From a virus (lineage: Duplodnaviria; Caudoviricetes): DNA of 29,467 nt. Under the pieces are notes generated by a model, which was not told the DNA's origin, did no database searches, and worked only from the letters and a program-made list of their open reading frames with translations. This document shows positions 8,601-18,101 of the stretch, in pieces; within the stretch, counting starts at the first letter, position 1, and every line of letters begins with the position of its first letter. The stretch is taken from IMG/VR virus record IMGVR_UViG_3300012971_000067, positions 1 through 29,467 of that record; one strand, given 5' to 3'. The translations under genes were made by a program, and so were the position numbers.

Positions 8601-9675
8601 GGAACGCAGTTTGATTTCCCGCCACGCCGCCTGTCACATGCACGAGATAAAGCCAGAGCCCGCTGTAGTTGTCGGTGGTCGCCGGCAGGTTCCACGCGAA
8701 AGGCACCTTGGCATCGTAGGAGCCATCAATGTTCTGGTCGATGGTGATGCCCGGAGGCGTCACGATCACGAGCCCGGTCACGTCAGGCGCTTGCGCACCG
8801 GCCGCGTCGATAGTGACATCCACGTAAGGCGTCACCCCGGCCACAATCGAGTTCTGCTTATAGGAATCGTCAGCCGAGACAAACCACACGCGCGTGACTA
8901 CCGGCTCCGTTAAGGAGCGGTCGAGCGAAGTCCACTTGACGCTTGCCGCATTGTTCGCGATGTACTTTTGCAATCCAGCGTCGATGCGCGTTCCGTCCGA
9001 CAGGTCGTACCAGATTTCGACGCCTCCGAAGTGGCCGATCCCCGGTGGCCGGTGGGCTTCTTCTTCGGCGGTCGGTGGCGTGTACTGAAACGTGAGCGAA
9101 TACTTCGGCGGGTTCTGGCTGTACTTCTTGTTCACCGTGACGCTTGGATTGGTGATGAGCCATGCGCTCTCCATCCCGCTGACGTACATATCGGCGCCCG
9201 CGGGAATGAGCGCCAGGCACGACGGGCTTGGGTTCGTGTCCGTAGCCCGATGCAGCACCGGCGTTGTGTGCGGCCCGAACGCCACCAGATAAATCCGCAC
9301 GGTGCGGGCTTCGGTCGAAACCGGAATCCAAACCGGGGTCGGAGATGCTTGCGCGTCGTTGTCGCGCAGGTACGCCCAGACGCCGCTCACCTGGTTTGTG
9401 CCGTCGAGCGTCGCCGTGCCGTCCATCGGCGACCTGCCGCCCGAACTCACGTCGGGATCTTCCACGTACACCGCCGCGCCCGCATAGTTCGCCTTGGTCG
9501 CTCCCGGCACGGTGTAAGGAATGTCGACTTCGGCGAGGTCGTTGTTTCGCAGCGCGACGGTCACGTTGGCCGTGTCGATAATGAGCGTCGGGACAGGCGG
9601 GATGTTCGCGCCGCCCCCACCGCCAGCCGCGGCGCCGCCCGTTTCCACAATCCAGTTGCCGGTAGGAGTGCTCAT
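5620..9675 (-). CDS. Large tail fibre / central spike-like protein 1
   Basis: 1351 aa from ATG 9675 (ATGA overlap with the tip gene); the ORF-track extension to 10161 is Arg-rich off-frame sequence. Beta-rich Ig/Fn3-like N-terminal region, Gly-rich repeats, C-terminal FTTADGKTVLIRGGIIT motif. Confidence 0.8.
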   Translation of the reverse strand: MSTPTGNWIVETGGAAAGGGGGANIPPVPTLIIDTANVTVALRNNDLAEVDIPYTVPGATKANYAGAAVYVEDPDVSSGGRSPMDGTATLDGTNQVSGVWAYLRDNDAQASPTPVWIPVSTEARTVRIYLVAFGPHTTPVLHRATDTNPSPSCLALIPAGADMYVSGMESAWLITNPSVTVNKKYSQNPPKYSLTFQYTPPTAEEEAHRPPGIGHFGGVEIWYDLSDGTRIDAGLQKYIANNAASVKWTSLDRSLTEPVVTRVWFVSADDSYKQNSIVAGVTPYVDVTIDAAGAQAPDVTGLVIVTPPGITIDQNIDGSYDAKVPFAWNLPATTDNYSGLWLYLVHVTGGVAGNQTAFPQPLPGNAQQFNKNDKGGTVFIDKIPSVAETWTVAAISVDVATGVLADDPAAYGQAGFHSPTVTFTIGPKGSGVAGGEWAPLVPNPTAGAVAAVEKTQADGVRVVQYQISGLTTVPPTDPKFKSYGGLTIGMVTNDDLTSAVYWDVPLSAGGAAPTSFTTPWMTLPGAPGVAIPLKFYLVSRDPQGNRNSIVPASTPNIPYSYTPTQGAIIPARSGWFDPAQFAWVDPLGLQAQTISAQIVQVANHIVIGGGPNTFGGSQNGQLAINDKDGNLIGWAGAQTAGSGGSAGLFGAWFKQLWVGGTKPLDAPIWIDNNGVIEVGGIAANQGTSYPYVSIRDATGMEKGRIGAKINFAAPDSGNDGTGGGNGPISSGAWFTQFAAGGTDISKWNFMISPDGTSLGSSIKIRNVDSFTIDYLGQQTTAPYSKAYRLTMGSSQWAGLQGTTTVSGLSGTWQFPGIAIQQWVSQVDPANIGNLTKYGALFISRGFVLRGPQINNPVLASLVMYNGDSGGDDSPTAFWGELAMYSPTVPATRTVYLASGQATDSGAQFSLTDKNAVPNFVVSSIGNVTQRGSLTISGFGQVIDSTGHWTGQPIIASAGVSSFNGLTGAVILAAGTNITLSPSGNTITIASTASGSGGQPQTPWAQDIAGAGHNLSGVGSISATTITASGAMSAGSYGGGSFGGAGVQVGSNGIGGGSLNVGSGPIQGGSLNVGAGDIRGGSLTFSSTVIISSAGVFQGSQVASPGDVKGATLSVTSFAPVVNASGAFVGAGVDVGVNYGLGGGSLNVRTGPIAGGSLNVGSGAVYCGSLWFSSSNIISSGGVFQGSQVASPGDVKGATISVTNLSPVINVNGAFVGAGVNVGVNGIGGGSLNVGTGPINGGSLNVGSGDIRGGSLTFSSSIIITSGGVFQGSQVAATGDVKGTTLSVSGFAGGAVVNNAGAFVGSGVDCNGGVAATNFNIHGGSTGVPSAQFTTADGKTVLIRGGIITYCQ
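5767..6549 (-). repeat. Three tandem 86/87/88-aa Gly-rich repeats in fibre 1
   Basis: Units start at 6549, 6291 and 6030: GAGVxVGxNG(I/L)GGGSLNVxxGPIxGGSLNVGxG...GVFQGSQVAxxGDVKG...GAFV. Confidence 0.95.
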
Positions 9676-12600
9676 GCCGATGTAAACCTCAGACTTCCGC
9701 CTTGCACGTCGAGCGTTGCGCTGGTCGAGCCGTCCCACAGTGTTTCGCCGGGGAAAGCGTTGACCGTCACCACGCCCCCGCCGTCGTTCCAGATCACGAG
9801 CGTGCGCCCCTGGTAGACGTAGAGCGGTGGAAGCTGGAGCGTGATATCGTTCGCGCTGGTGTCGACGCGGATCGTATGGTCGGTCTCGAAGGCTTGCCAG
9901 GTGTTGCCGTCCGGATCGAGCGGCGCTGGACCAACGACGCGCACCGTCGGCGGCTGGCCGTAGATGTAGATTTCCCGCAGCGGCCCAAGGGATTCGTCGC
10001 TCACGCGCCCCTGTTCGTCGATCAGGAAGCCGGCCACGAGCGCAACCTGGTCGCGCAGGTTGGGAATGGTCATGCGGATCTGAACCAGGTCGCCGCCTCC
10101 GGAATTGTTCACGTTGCACGAGCTTTCGTCGATGTCGCTCGATTCGTTGGTATAAACCCAATCCGCAGCCTCAACCGTCATGATCGAGGTCGCGTCTGGA
10201 GCGATGGTCCAGGCCGGGTCGACCGTGATGCTGGTCTCATCGTTCTCGCTGATGTTGCGGTATTGCCCCGCTCCGGTCCCGCGCAGGATGCGCTGAATGC
10301 GGCCGATCTCCTGGTGCGGCGTGAGCCCGTTGGTTCCGGGGAACTGATTGCGTCCCACCGAGTTGTTCCACAGCGCGTCGGTGACGGTGCGCTTGTCGGT
10401 CGACACCTGGCGCGCCACGCTGCGAACGATCAGGACGTCACCCGGGTCAATCGGATCGGATGCGCTCATCGGCGGATCAATGGTGAACGTCCCGCTAGGC
10501 GCGTCGAACACTGTCACCTTGAAATTCCACAGCGGCGCGCTGCCGTCCGAAAAGTCCGCGATGCAGCTGAGGAAACAGCCTACCCAATTGTCGGTCGAGC
10601 CGATGAAGTCGTTGGCCTGGATCTGGTCGAGCGCAGGGCGCCCGGTGACGCTGACGCCGGCCACTCCCGAATGCCACATGTGCTTTGCAGCGACGCGGAT
10701 CTTCCGCGCCGCGGCTTCGGGCATCATGACCGTGCGCTGGTGAATCGGCCCGGAGAGCACCACCGAGTTCGAGGCTTTGGGGAATTCCTGTTGCCAGGCG
10801 ATCAGCCTCCGGTCGTTGCCAGCCCATAGGTCGTAGATCGTGCCGTAGTCGGACGGTGGCGCGATCAGCGAAATAGTAAGCTTCTGATTCGCGAGGCCCG
10901 GCGCCAGCCAGATTGCGGTGAGGTTCGAGGGCAGCGTGAATTGTCCGCTTGTCTGGTCGCGGCGCGTAACTCCCGCATAGATGGTCTGGCCGCCGGAGAA
11001 CGTGCCGCCCGAGCTCAGGAGTGCTCCCGCGATGCGCGGCTGGTCCGACGTCGCGAAAGAGTTTACCGGACGCTCTCCCTCAACGTAAATGGCCGGCTCC
11101 CAGCCGCCCATGCGGTCGATGGTGTAATCCTGCCAGACCGCAAAGGTGCGCTCAAGCCCATCGGGATAGAGCGGATCGTTGGCGAACGGTCCCACGTCGT
11201 TCGGCATCCACTCGAGCCCTGCGATGGATGGAATCACCTCCGCGGGAATCGGATCGGCTGGAACGTCAGCGGGCTTCGGTCCCACGTCGAGGTTGTACAT
11301 CTCGTCGGTCGTGGGGGAAATCTGAATGTCAATCGAGAAATCGGGATTGAGCGTCCAGGCCGTGACGCGCCCTTCAGCGTATCCGGTCGGCAAGCGCGTA
11401 TCGGTGACGCTGATGACGTCGCCCACCATGGTCCCGAGCGCGAGCACGGTGGTCTTGAAAGCGATGGTCCGCGCGTTTAGCTGCTGCGTCGGCCCGAGCC
11501 CGCCCAACTCCTCGCGCAATCGCGTGGTGGCGATCCGGGAGGCTTGGCTCTTGTTCGAGACTCCCACGAGCGACATCGTCACCGGGGTGTAGGTCGGGTT
11601 GTTCGCGTCGCCAGCGAACGTCGCAGCGTCGATGTCGTAGATCGTGACGTTGTTCAGGTCGAAGAGAAATTCCTCATCCCCGAATTGCACCGTGAGCCAG
11701 TTGAACTGCGGAGTAATCGGCGTCGCCTGGAGCGTCTGGTACAGGATGTGCGCGCGCGTGAAGGCGCTCGTGGCGCTCGAATTGACGCGAATGCCGATCC
11801 ACAGCCGGCCATTCACGAACGTGTAGTAACCCAGGCAGCAGTTGAGAATTTCCTGGAGCCAATCCTTAATCGGCTTGCGCTCTTTGAGGATTCCGCGAAA
11901 CGGAAACTGCCGCTCCTGGCCGGTTCCCACCAGCTTGTCTACCTGGGTGTCGCAGATGGCGGCTGCAGCGATGGCCTGGTTGACGTCGAAATAGGATTCC
12001 ATGGTCGCCGCTGGAATCTGGATGGGTCTGGACGGATCGGAGCGGAGGCCCACGGCGCGTAAGTAAGCGTTGACGGCCACCCATACGCAATTGGCAAGCC
12101 CTGGCTGCCATTGGCGCGCGCCAGGAGCGGTCCACACCCATCCGCCCACTCCCTGGGATACCGTGACGCTCATCGCGCGGTCTGAGACCGGCGCAAGCTG
12201 GAGCCCAAGGGCGTCGGTCCTGCGGATTTCCGCGAAGGCGAGGCCCGCCGCATAGGTCGAGCCGGCCGGGACCTGGTCCCATGGAGCCTGGTCGATCTCG
12301 AAGAAATCGGCTGTGTTGGCAGGATCGGTTCCCAAAATGCCGCGCCAGCCGCCCTTGTTATACGGATCGTGGGGAGGCTGACCGTCGAGCCGCTGCAGCC
12401 ACAGGTCGGTATCGTATCCGCCGATAGGCCCCTCGCTCACGATGCCCAGAGCGGAGTAGTAATCGTTTTCGTCGCGCCCGGCCGCCACGTCCGCTGTGAC
12501 CGGCATGGATTCATCGGTGTAGACTTCCTGCACCGCGCGCTGGTAAATGGTGTCGTTCTGAACCGTGACGCTCGTGAGGTTCGAGCGGCCCCATCCGAGC

Positions 12601-13664
12601 ACGCCGGTTGTCGAGTCTTTGATGTGAACGGCCGTTGGAGCCGCCACGATGCCGCCGAACGAAAGCGGCACTCCTCGAGCCTGGCAGGATGCCCAATCCT
12701 TGGGGCAATCCGGGAATCCGTTCGACGCTGACGCTGGACAGTAAGGCCCGCGGTACACCTTCCAGCAGGTCCTGGTTGCGATCCGCGTGGGATACCCCAG
12801 GCCAAGCTGATAGGCGCCGTCCGAGGCGCTCATCTCAAACGTGCCGTTGGGCTGAATCAGGAACGGCAAAGCGTAGCCCGCCCACAGTGCGCAGAAGTAT
12901 CCCGATTCGACGTGATAGAGCGCGAACGAAACTCCGGCGCGCGTGAGATTCACCTGGTTTGCGTATTGGGTCCACACGCCGTCAGCATTGCCAAACGTGA
13001 ATTGCGCAGCGTCCGACGCGCCGCCCAAGCTCTGCTGAATCCCGTCCCAATTGGTGAGCCGCGGCTCAAAGCGCGTGCCGTCGACCACTACCAGCTGGTT
13101 CGAGACGTAGACTGGTGCGCTGCCGCCGCGATCCGCGATACAGATCAACGGAATCATGTGGTGGGTTTCGTGTCTCAGCGCATCGGCAAACACCGAATCC
13201 GGAAACCGCGTCACGCGAGCGACGGAGGTGTAGGACGGAACCACCTGGGGAACTTCGAGCAGCGTAATTCCCGGGTCGCCCGCCAGGAGCCCGGTGAGCA
13301 TCGAAAAACTTACATTCGGATTCTCATACCGGCAGGTGTAGGTCTCATCTCCCGCTGGTCCCTTGTAGGTGAAGGCGAACGTCGCATAGGAGCCCTGCGC
13401 CTGTTGCCAGTGCGTTTTGAGCGCGTCGTATTCGTCGCAGCTAAGGTGATCGCGCCGGATGCGAAACCGCCGCGCTCCGGAGCCCAACACGAACCGCTGT
13501 TCGGTCTGGAGGCCGGGCTCGTCGAAGAGATGGGTTGCAATGGGCGGCGCGAAGTCGAATCCGGAGCCGTAATCGCCTCCGGGAACCTTGGTCGCAGGAT
13601 CTCCCAGCGGAAACGGGCCAATCGAGGGAGGCGCTGGAATGGGGATCGGCCCGAGATTTGCCAC
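9672..13664 (-). CDS. Fused tail tip protein (Dit/gpM-like + gpL-like hub with 4-Cys motif + gpJ-like tip)
   Basis: 1330 aa from GTG 13664 (GGAGG upstream, 4 nt after the Dit stop). N-terminal EQRF...RRF...F domain; CWKVYRGPYC...CPKDWASC; DWLQEILNCCLGY...NGRL and FNWLTVQFGD typical of tail-tip proteins; located after the tape measure. Confidence 0.8.
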   Translation of the reverse strand: MANLGPIPIPAPPSIGPFPLGDPATKVPGGDYGSGFDFAPPIATHLFDEPGLQTEQRFVLGSGARRFRIRRDHLSCDEYDALKTHWQQAQGSYATFAFTYKGPAGDETYTCRYENPNVSFSMLTGLLAGDPGITLLEVPQVVPSYTSVARVTRFPDSVFADALRHETHHMIPLICIADRGGSAPVYVSNQLVVVDGTRFEPRLTNWDGIQQSLGGASDAAQFTFGNADGVWTQYANQVNLTRAGVSFALYHVESGYFCALWAGYALPFLIQPNGTFEMSASDGAYQLGLGYPTRIATRTCWKVYRGPYCPASASNGFPDCPKDWASCQARGVPLSFGGIVAAPTAVHIKDSTTGVLGWGRSNLTSVTVQNDTIYQRAVQEVYTDESMPVTADVAAGRDENDYYSALGIVSEGPIGGYDTDLWLQRLDGQPPHDPYNKGGWRGILGTDPANTADFFEIDQAPWDQVPAGSTYAAGLAFAEIRRTDALGLQLAPVSDRAMSVTVSQGVGGWVWTAPGARQWQPGLANCVWVAVNAYLRAVGLRSDPSRPIQIPAATMESYFDVNQAIAAAAICDTQVDKLVGTGQERQFPFRGILKERKPIKDWLQEILNCCLGYYTFVNGRLWIGIRVNSSATSAFTRAHILYQTLQATPITPQFNWLTVQFGDEEFLFDLNNVTIYDIDAATFAGDANNPTYTPVTMSLVGVSNKSQASRIATTRLREELGGLGPTQQLNARTIAFKTTVLALGTMVGDVISVTDTRLPTGYAEGRVTAWTLNPDFSIDIQISPTTDEMYNLDVGPKPADVPADPIPAEVIPSIAGLEWMPNDVGPFANDPLYPDGLERTFAVWQDYTIDRMGGWEPAIYVEGERPVNSFATSDQPRIAGALLSSGGTFSGGQTIYAGVTRRDQTSGQFTLPSNLTAIWLAPGLANQKLTISLIAPPSDYGTIYDLWAGNDRRLIAWQQEFPKASNSVVLSGPIHQRTVMMPEAAARKIRVAAKHMWHSGVAGVSVTGRPALDQIQANDFIGSTDNWVGCFLSCIADFSDGSAPLWNFKVTVFDAPSGTFTIDPPMSASDPIDPGDVLIVRSVARQVSTDKRTVTDALWNNSVGRNQFPGTNGLTPHQEIGRIQRILRGTGAGQYRNISENDETSITVDPAWTIAPDATSIMTVEAADWVYTNESSDIDESSCNVNNSGGGDLVQIRMTIPNLRDQVALVAGFLIDEQGRVSDESLGPLREIYIYGQPPTVRVVGPAPLDPDGNTWQAFETDHTIRVDTSANDITLQLPPLYVYQGRTLVIWNDGGGVVTVNAFPGETLWDGSTSATLDVQGGSLRFTSA

Positions 13665-13668
13665 GGAG

Positions 13669-14064
13669 CTACACCACCTCCCGCAAGGACAGGCTGACGG
13701 AGCCGCGCGCGATCGCGCTCGATTCGCTCCACGCGCTGTCGAACACCACCACGTAACGTCCGTCCGGAGCCTGGCCGGTCGGATCAGGGCTGAAAGGCGG
13801 AATGGTCTCGCGCGGCACGTAGAAGTAAAACGGGATTCCAACGTGAGCGAAATAGAAATTCCGGAGCGTGGTCCACTGCGCCGGCGTCAGCGGGCGCGTC
13901 AGCGAAAAGAAGTGCCGCGGGTTCGCCACCTGGGGATTGCGGTCGCTCTGGCCGTCGCCGTAGACGTTCACCAAAATCTCGATGCGCTCCTGGATGGTGA
14001 ACGCGGACATCAGGCCCGCTGGCATCACGTCGAACGCTGTTGGCCGGATGATATTCGAGGGCAT
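13669..14064 (-). CDS. Distal tail protein (gpM/DUF2460-like)
   Basis: 131 aa immediately after the tape measure; YGDGQSDR...PRHFF...LRNFYFAHVGIPFYFYVP pattern. Confidence 0.7.
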   Translation of the reverse strand: MPSNIIRPTAFDVMPAGLMSAFTIQERIEILVNVYGDGQSDRNPQVANPRHFFSLTRPLTPAQWTTLRNFYFAHVGIPFYFYVPRETIPPFSPDPTGQAPDGRYVVVFDSAWSESSAIARGSVSLSLREVV

Positions 14065-14066
14065 GG

Positions 14067-17000
14067 TTAGCTCATGATCGAAAGCGGCTGCATGAGGGAG
14101 GTCAGCGTGTCATTGCGGCCGGAGCCGGAAGACAGCCCTTGCGCGGCCGTCGCCGCAACCGTCGCGGGATTCGATTGCATGACGTTCACCACGCGCCCGG
14201 CGAAAAGATCGTTGGCGCTCTGCGGATCGAGTTGCACGTAGAGCGCGGCCTGGCTCCATTGCGTCGTGGTCATGCCGGTGTACGGGCTCGCGATCTGCTG
14301 GCCGTTGACATAGATCGGCTGCATCGAAAGGCCGGCGCCAGTCTGAGCGAACGTAGCCGCGTACATGGGCCTGGGCAATCCGGCTTGTAACCCTTGAGTC
14401 GCCGCGTATAGCTGAACGATCTGCTGAACCTCCGGAGACGCGACCGCCAGGGACATTACGCCGCCGTATTTCTGCTTGGCGATTCCCACGATGGTCTGAA
14501 GCACCTGCTTGTTCGAGATGTCGACGCCGTAATACTGCTTGACCAGGTCGCGAACGTGGCGGATGTCGGTAGAGCCGAAGATCGACGCGAGACCGACCGC
14601 CGCGCCGATGCCGGCTGCAGCGATCCATCCCACCGGCCCGGCCGCCGCAAGCGCGGGGAACATCGCCATAAGGCCGCCCATCCCCACCAGCCCGCCGAGG
14701 GCTCCGACAAATGGAGCGGAGGCGCGCGCCGCGGGACTCATGGACCTGCCGAGCTTATAGGCGCCAAGGAGCCCGAGCCCGCCCACTCCCGCCATAAGCC
14801 CACCCAGGCTCGTTGCGAGAGTTCCCGCGCCGCCAAAGCTCGAAAGAATGCTCGAGCCGGACCCGAATCCGAGCGCTTTCGAAATCTGCGAAGCCTGTTG
14901 CACTTGGCCGAGCCCTGGAATCTTCGAGAGGTTGGTCATGCCTCCGGTTTCCGCGACGCCTGGAAGCTGCTGCGTCACTGGAGAGCCGAGGGGAACGCCG
15001 TCCATGCTCTCGGACGTCTGCTGCGCCATGGGCTGTACGGTGCGCACCGCGGAGGCAATCGACCATAGGCCCGGCGCGAGAGCTTGAAGCGCGTCCTGCG
15101 TTCCTGCGTGCCCCCCGCCTACGTCGACCGTCGGCATTGCCATGATTCCGCCGGCGTTGACCATGGGCATCGCTCCGACATGGCCCGGCAGGTTGACGTT
15201 GGCGCTGTTGGGATCGAGAAGCTTCCCCTGCCCGAAGATCGGCTCTGAGCCCAGGAGCCCGCGCCGGCCGCCGCCAAAAGCTACGTGGCCGCCGCCGAAC
15301 AATTCCGTGAATTCCGCCGCGAGGTGCGAGGTAACGATTTCCTTTAGCGCGCCGAGGATAGCGGCTTTCGCCATGTTGCCGAGCGCCGCGAACACGTCGC
15401 CGCCCTTGTGCGTCAGAGCGTCGAATATCTGGCCCATGGCGCTCTTGAGCGAGTCGTAGGTTTTGCGCTGGCTTTCGATGACGGCGTCGTTGTACTGCTT
15501 GATGAATTCGAGCTGCGCTTTCTGCGTCTCGTACTCCGAGTCGATCTTGATTTTCTGGACCTGTTCTGCGGTCGCCTGAGTCTGCGCGATCTCGTAAGCA
15601 TTGGCATTGAGAAGCGCCTCGTCGTGCATCTGCTGTGTCTGCGCGTCGACGATCTTGATGGAGTCCGCGATGGCCTGAGCGGTCTTGTTGTGAGCGGCGA
15701 TCTCCTGCGCGGAAATATCCTGCGCGTCTTTGATCTTCTGGTTTTTGAGCGCCTCGATGTCCTGAAGTTGCGCCTGGAGAGATTCGGCCGCCGCGCTGGT
15801 TTTTTGTTCCTCAGTCTGCGGAGCGAGGGCCTCGCGCCTCAGTTTCGCGAGTTCCTGCGCGTGCTGAATCTGCGCATCGGTGTTCGCCATGTGCTGGCTG
15901 ATGGCCTGTTTTTCGAGCTCCGTCGTGTCGGCAATGACCTGTTTTTGGATGTCCGCGAAGTGCTTCGCTACCTTTTCGTCGGCCTCCATCTGCGCTTTGG
16001 TTTGCGCGTCGGTCAGCTGCGTTTTGAGGTTGTCGAGATTCCGCATGGAATCCCCTTCCCTCATGGCGCGAACAAACTCCGCGATGCGCTCTGCCTCGAA
16101 CTGCCGCTGCGCCAGGTCTTTCTTTTCCTGGGCGACCTTTTGCGCATATTCGATTTCGAGGTTGAAGCTTTTAATCGTCGCGTCGGCCCGCTGCTCGGCG
16201 GTCGCCGTAATCATCGAATCGCTCGTGTCGATAGCGATCTTGGCCTCTTTTTCGAGGAGCGCAATGCGATCTTCCGCGGCCTTCACTTCGAGCTTCTGGC
16301 GCTCTGCGTAAACCTTGTCGTTTTCTTCGCGCCGGATGCGGGCGAGGGTCAGTTCCTCCGCTTCCTGCATCTTGATCCAATTCGCCGAGCCCGGTCCCTC
16401 GCCGCCCTTTTGTAGCTCATTGAACTTGCCCAGGAATTCGTAGTGAACCGCGGCGAGGCCGCCGAGCATCTGAGCGCGCGCACGGTCGAGCGCCTGTTGC
16501 GTGATCTCATCGAGATGCTGCATCAGGGCTTCGTTCTCGCGGATGAGCTTGTCTTTTTTCTCCTTCTGGAACGCCTCGATCAGTTCCATGATTTGAGCGT
16601 TTTGCGCTTTGATCGAGTCCGGGTCCATCCCAGCGATAGGCGGGAGCCCGGACATCGACAGCGGCCCCATGATGCGCTTCCCACGTTCCCGCAGGATGGA
16701 ATTCTCGAGCGCCTGGATTTCGTTGAGCCCCTGGATTTGAACGCGGATCTTCGAGGCATCAATCTGTTCCTGAGCGGCTCCGGTGAGCGTCTTGGTGATC
16801 GCCTGGCCGCCCGGCACCTTGCCCGCAAGGTAGTTGATGGCGTCGAGGATGCCCGGATACTTCTCCTCGAGCGCCACGAAAGCCGCGGTAATGGCTTCCC
16901 CGATCTTCCAGCCCACGAATGCCGCGCCGATGGCATTGGCAAGATACAGGATGCCGGTGAGGAGCGGCGTCAGAGCGGTAAACCGCGCGATCAGAGCGCT

Positions 17001-18101
17001 CGTCGTGGCCGTGAGCGGCCCCTGCGCTCCCGCGAGAATCGTAAAATCAGCCGCGAGGTTTGAAACCGTTGTCGCGAGCAGCGGAAGGTTCGTCAGCAGC
17101 CAGGTGAGTCCGGTTTGCGCCGAGGTCCACTTGATCGCGGCCATGGCGCCCGCAAGCGCAATCCAGGCGGCCGTCAACTCCGCAAGCCGTTCGATGAGAG
17201 CGCGCGTGGTAGGGTCGGCATCGCGGAATTCCTGAACCAGGTCGCGGATGGATTTGATCGCTCCAACGATCTGCGGCTGAATGTCCCGCATGATCGTGTT
17301 TCCTAGCTGGATCAGGTCATCTTTGAGCTTGATGAACTGAACCGTTGGGAGGTCCATCATCTTCGCTCCGATAGAGCCAAACTCTTTCTGCATGGATTCG
17401 AGAATGGCGTCGGCTGCAGCTTTGCCGCCCAACATGCCTTTCTCGACCAGCTTGCGGATCGCAGCGTCATCCAGGACCTGGCCGGTCTCTTTCTTGATCG
17501 CCTCTCGCAAAGCCGGCATGACCTTGATGCCTTGCTCCGCTAACTGCCGGAATAGCTCTTGGCCTTGAGCGGTTCCCTTCGTGTACATCTGGCCCACGGC
17601 GAGAATGATCGAGTCGATCTTTTCCTTGGAGCCGCCGAGCGCCGCCGCTGCGTTCGAAATGGTGTTGATGACGCCGGGGATCTTCGCCGCCTCGAAGCCG
17701 AATGCCTTGAGCTTCTGAGCGCCTTCGGCCAGGTCCTGGAAGGCGAACGGGCTGGTTTTCGCCGTCGCGCGCAGGTTGAGCATGATGTCTTGCGCTTTGG
17801 TCGCGGAGTTCAACATGCCCTCGAATGCGATCTGAGTTTTATTGATGGCGTCCGAAGATTTCGCCATCTCTGAAGCGATGCGGATCGCGCCTAGCCCCAC
17901 CAGCGCCCGCGCGAGATTGGCAACGTCGCCGGTCGTCTGTTCGACGGCCACCGACATTTTGTTGAGACCCTTCGAGGCTTGTTCGGTGGTCTGCTGCGTG
18001 ACGGACCCGATGCCCGAAATCTGCTGATTGAGCGCTTTGATCGAGTCCGTCGCGTTCTGGCTCTGGAAGTCGACCTGGATGTAAATGCGATTAGCGGCCA
18101 C
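14067..18101 (-). CDS. Tape measure protein
   Basis: 1344 aa, Ala/Gln-rich and helical; tape-measure domain SPFAFQDLAEGAQKLKAFGF; hydrophobic Gly/Ala segments; canonical position. Confidence 0.95.
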   Translation of the reverse strand: MAANRIYIQVDFQSQNATDSIKALNQQISGIGSVTQQTTEQASKGLNKMSVAVEQTTGDVANLARALVGLGAIRIASEMAKSSDAINKTQIAFEGMLNSATKAQDIMLNLRATAKTSPFAFQDLAEGAQKLKAFGFEAAKIPGVINTISNAAAALGGSKEKIDSIILAVGQMYTKGTAQGQELFRQLAEQGIKVMPALREAIKKETGQVLDDAAIRKLVEKGMLGGKAAADAILESMQKEFGSIGAKMMDLPTVQFIKLKDDLIQLGNTIMRDIQPQIVGAIKSIRDLVQEFRDADPTTRALIERLAELTAAWIALAGAMAAIKWTSAQTGLTWLLTNLPLLATTVSNLAADFTILAGAQGPLTATTSALIARFTALTPLLTGILYLANAIGAAFVGWKIGEAITAAFVALEEKYPGILDAINYLAGKVPGGQAITKTLTGAAQEQIDASKIRVQIQGLNEIQALENSILRERGKRIMGPLSMSGLPPIAGMDPDSIKAQNAQIMELIEAFQKEKKDKLIRENEALMQHLDEITQQALDRARAQMLGGLAAVHYEFLGKFNELQKGGEGPGSANWIKMQEAEELTLARIRREENDKVYAERQKLEVKAAEDRIALLEKEAKIAIDTSDSMITATAEQRADATIKSFNLEIEYAQKVAQEKKDLAQRQFEAERIAEFVRAMREGDSMRNLDNLKTQLTDAQTKAQMEADEKVAKHFADIQKQVIADTTELEKQAISQHMANTDAQIQHAQELAKLRREALAPQTEEQKTSAAAESLQAQLQDIEALKNQKIKDAQDISAQEIAAHNKTAQAIADSIKIVDAQTQQMHDEALLNANAYEIAQTQATAEQVQKIKIDSEYETQKAQLEFIKQYNDAVIESQRKTYDSLKSAMGQIFDALTHKGGDVFAALGNMAKAAILGALKEIVTSHLAAEFTELFGGGHVAFGGGRRGLLGSEPIFGQGKLLDPNSANVNLPGHVGAMPMVNAGGIMAMPTVDVGGGHAGTQDALQALAPGLWSIASAVRTVQPMAQQTSESMDGVPLGSPVTQQLPGVAETGGMTNLSKIPGLGQVQQASQISKALGFGSGSSILSSFGGAGTLATSLGGLMAGVGGLGLLGAYKLGRSMSPAARASAPFVGALGGLVGMGGLMAMFPALAAAGPVGWIAAAGIGAAVGLASIFGSTDIRHVRDLVKQYYGVDISNKQVLQTIVGIAKQKYGGVMSLAVASPEVQQIVQLYAATQGLQAGLPRPMYAATFAQTGAGLSMQPIYVNGQQIASPYTGMTTTQWSQAALYVQLDPQSANDLFAGRVVNVMQSNPATVAATAAQGLSSGSGRNDTLTSLMQPLSIMS

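Noticed and set aside
9676-10161. ORF-track N-terminal extensions of fibre 1, tip (to 13841), protease (to 25090), portal (to 26547) and neck (to 21324)
   Set aside because: Arg-rich off-frame overlaps with upstream genes; better starts with SD or ATGA coupling exist.
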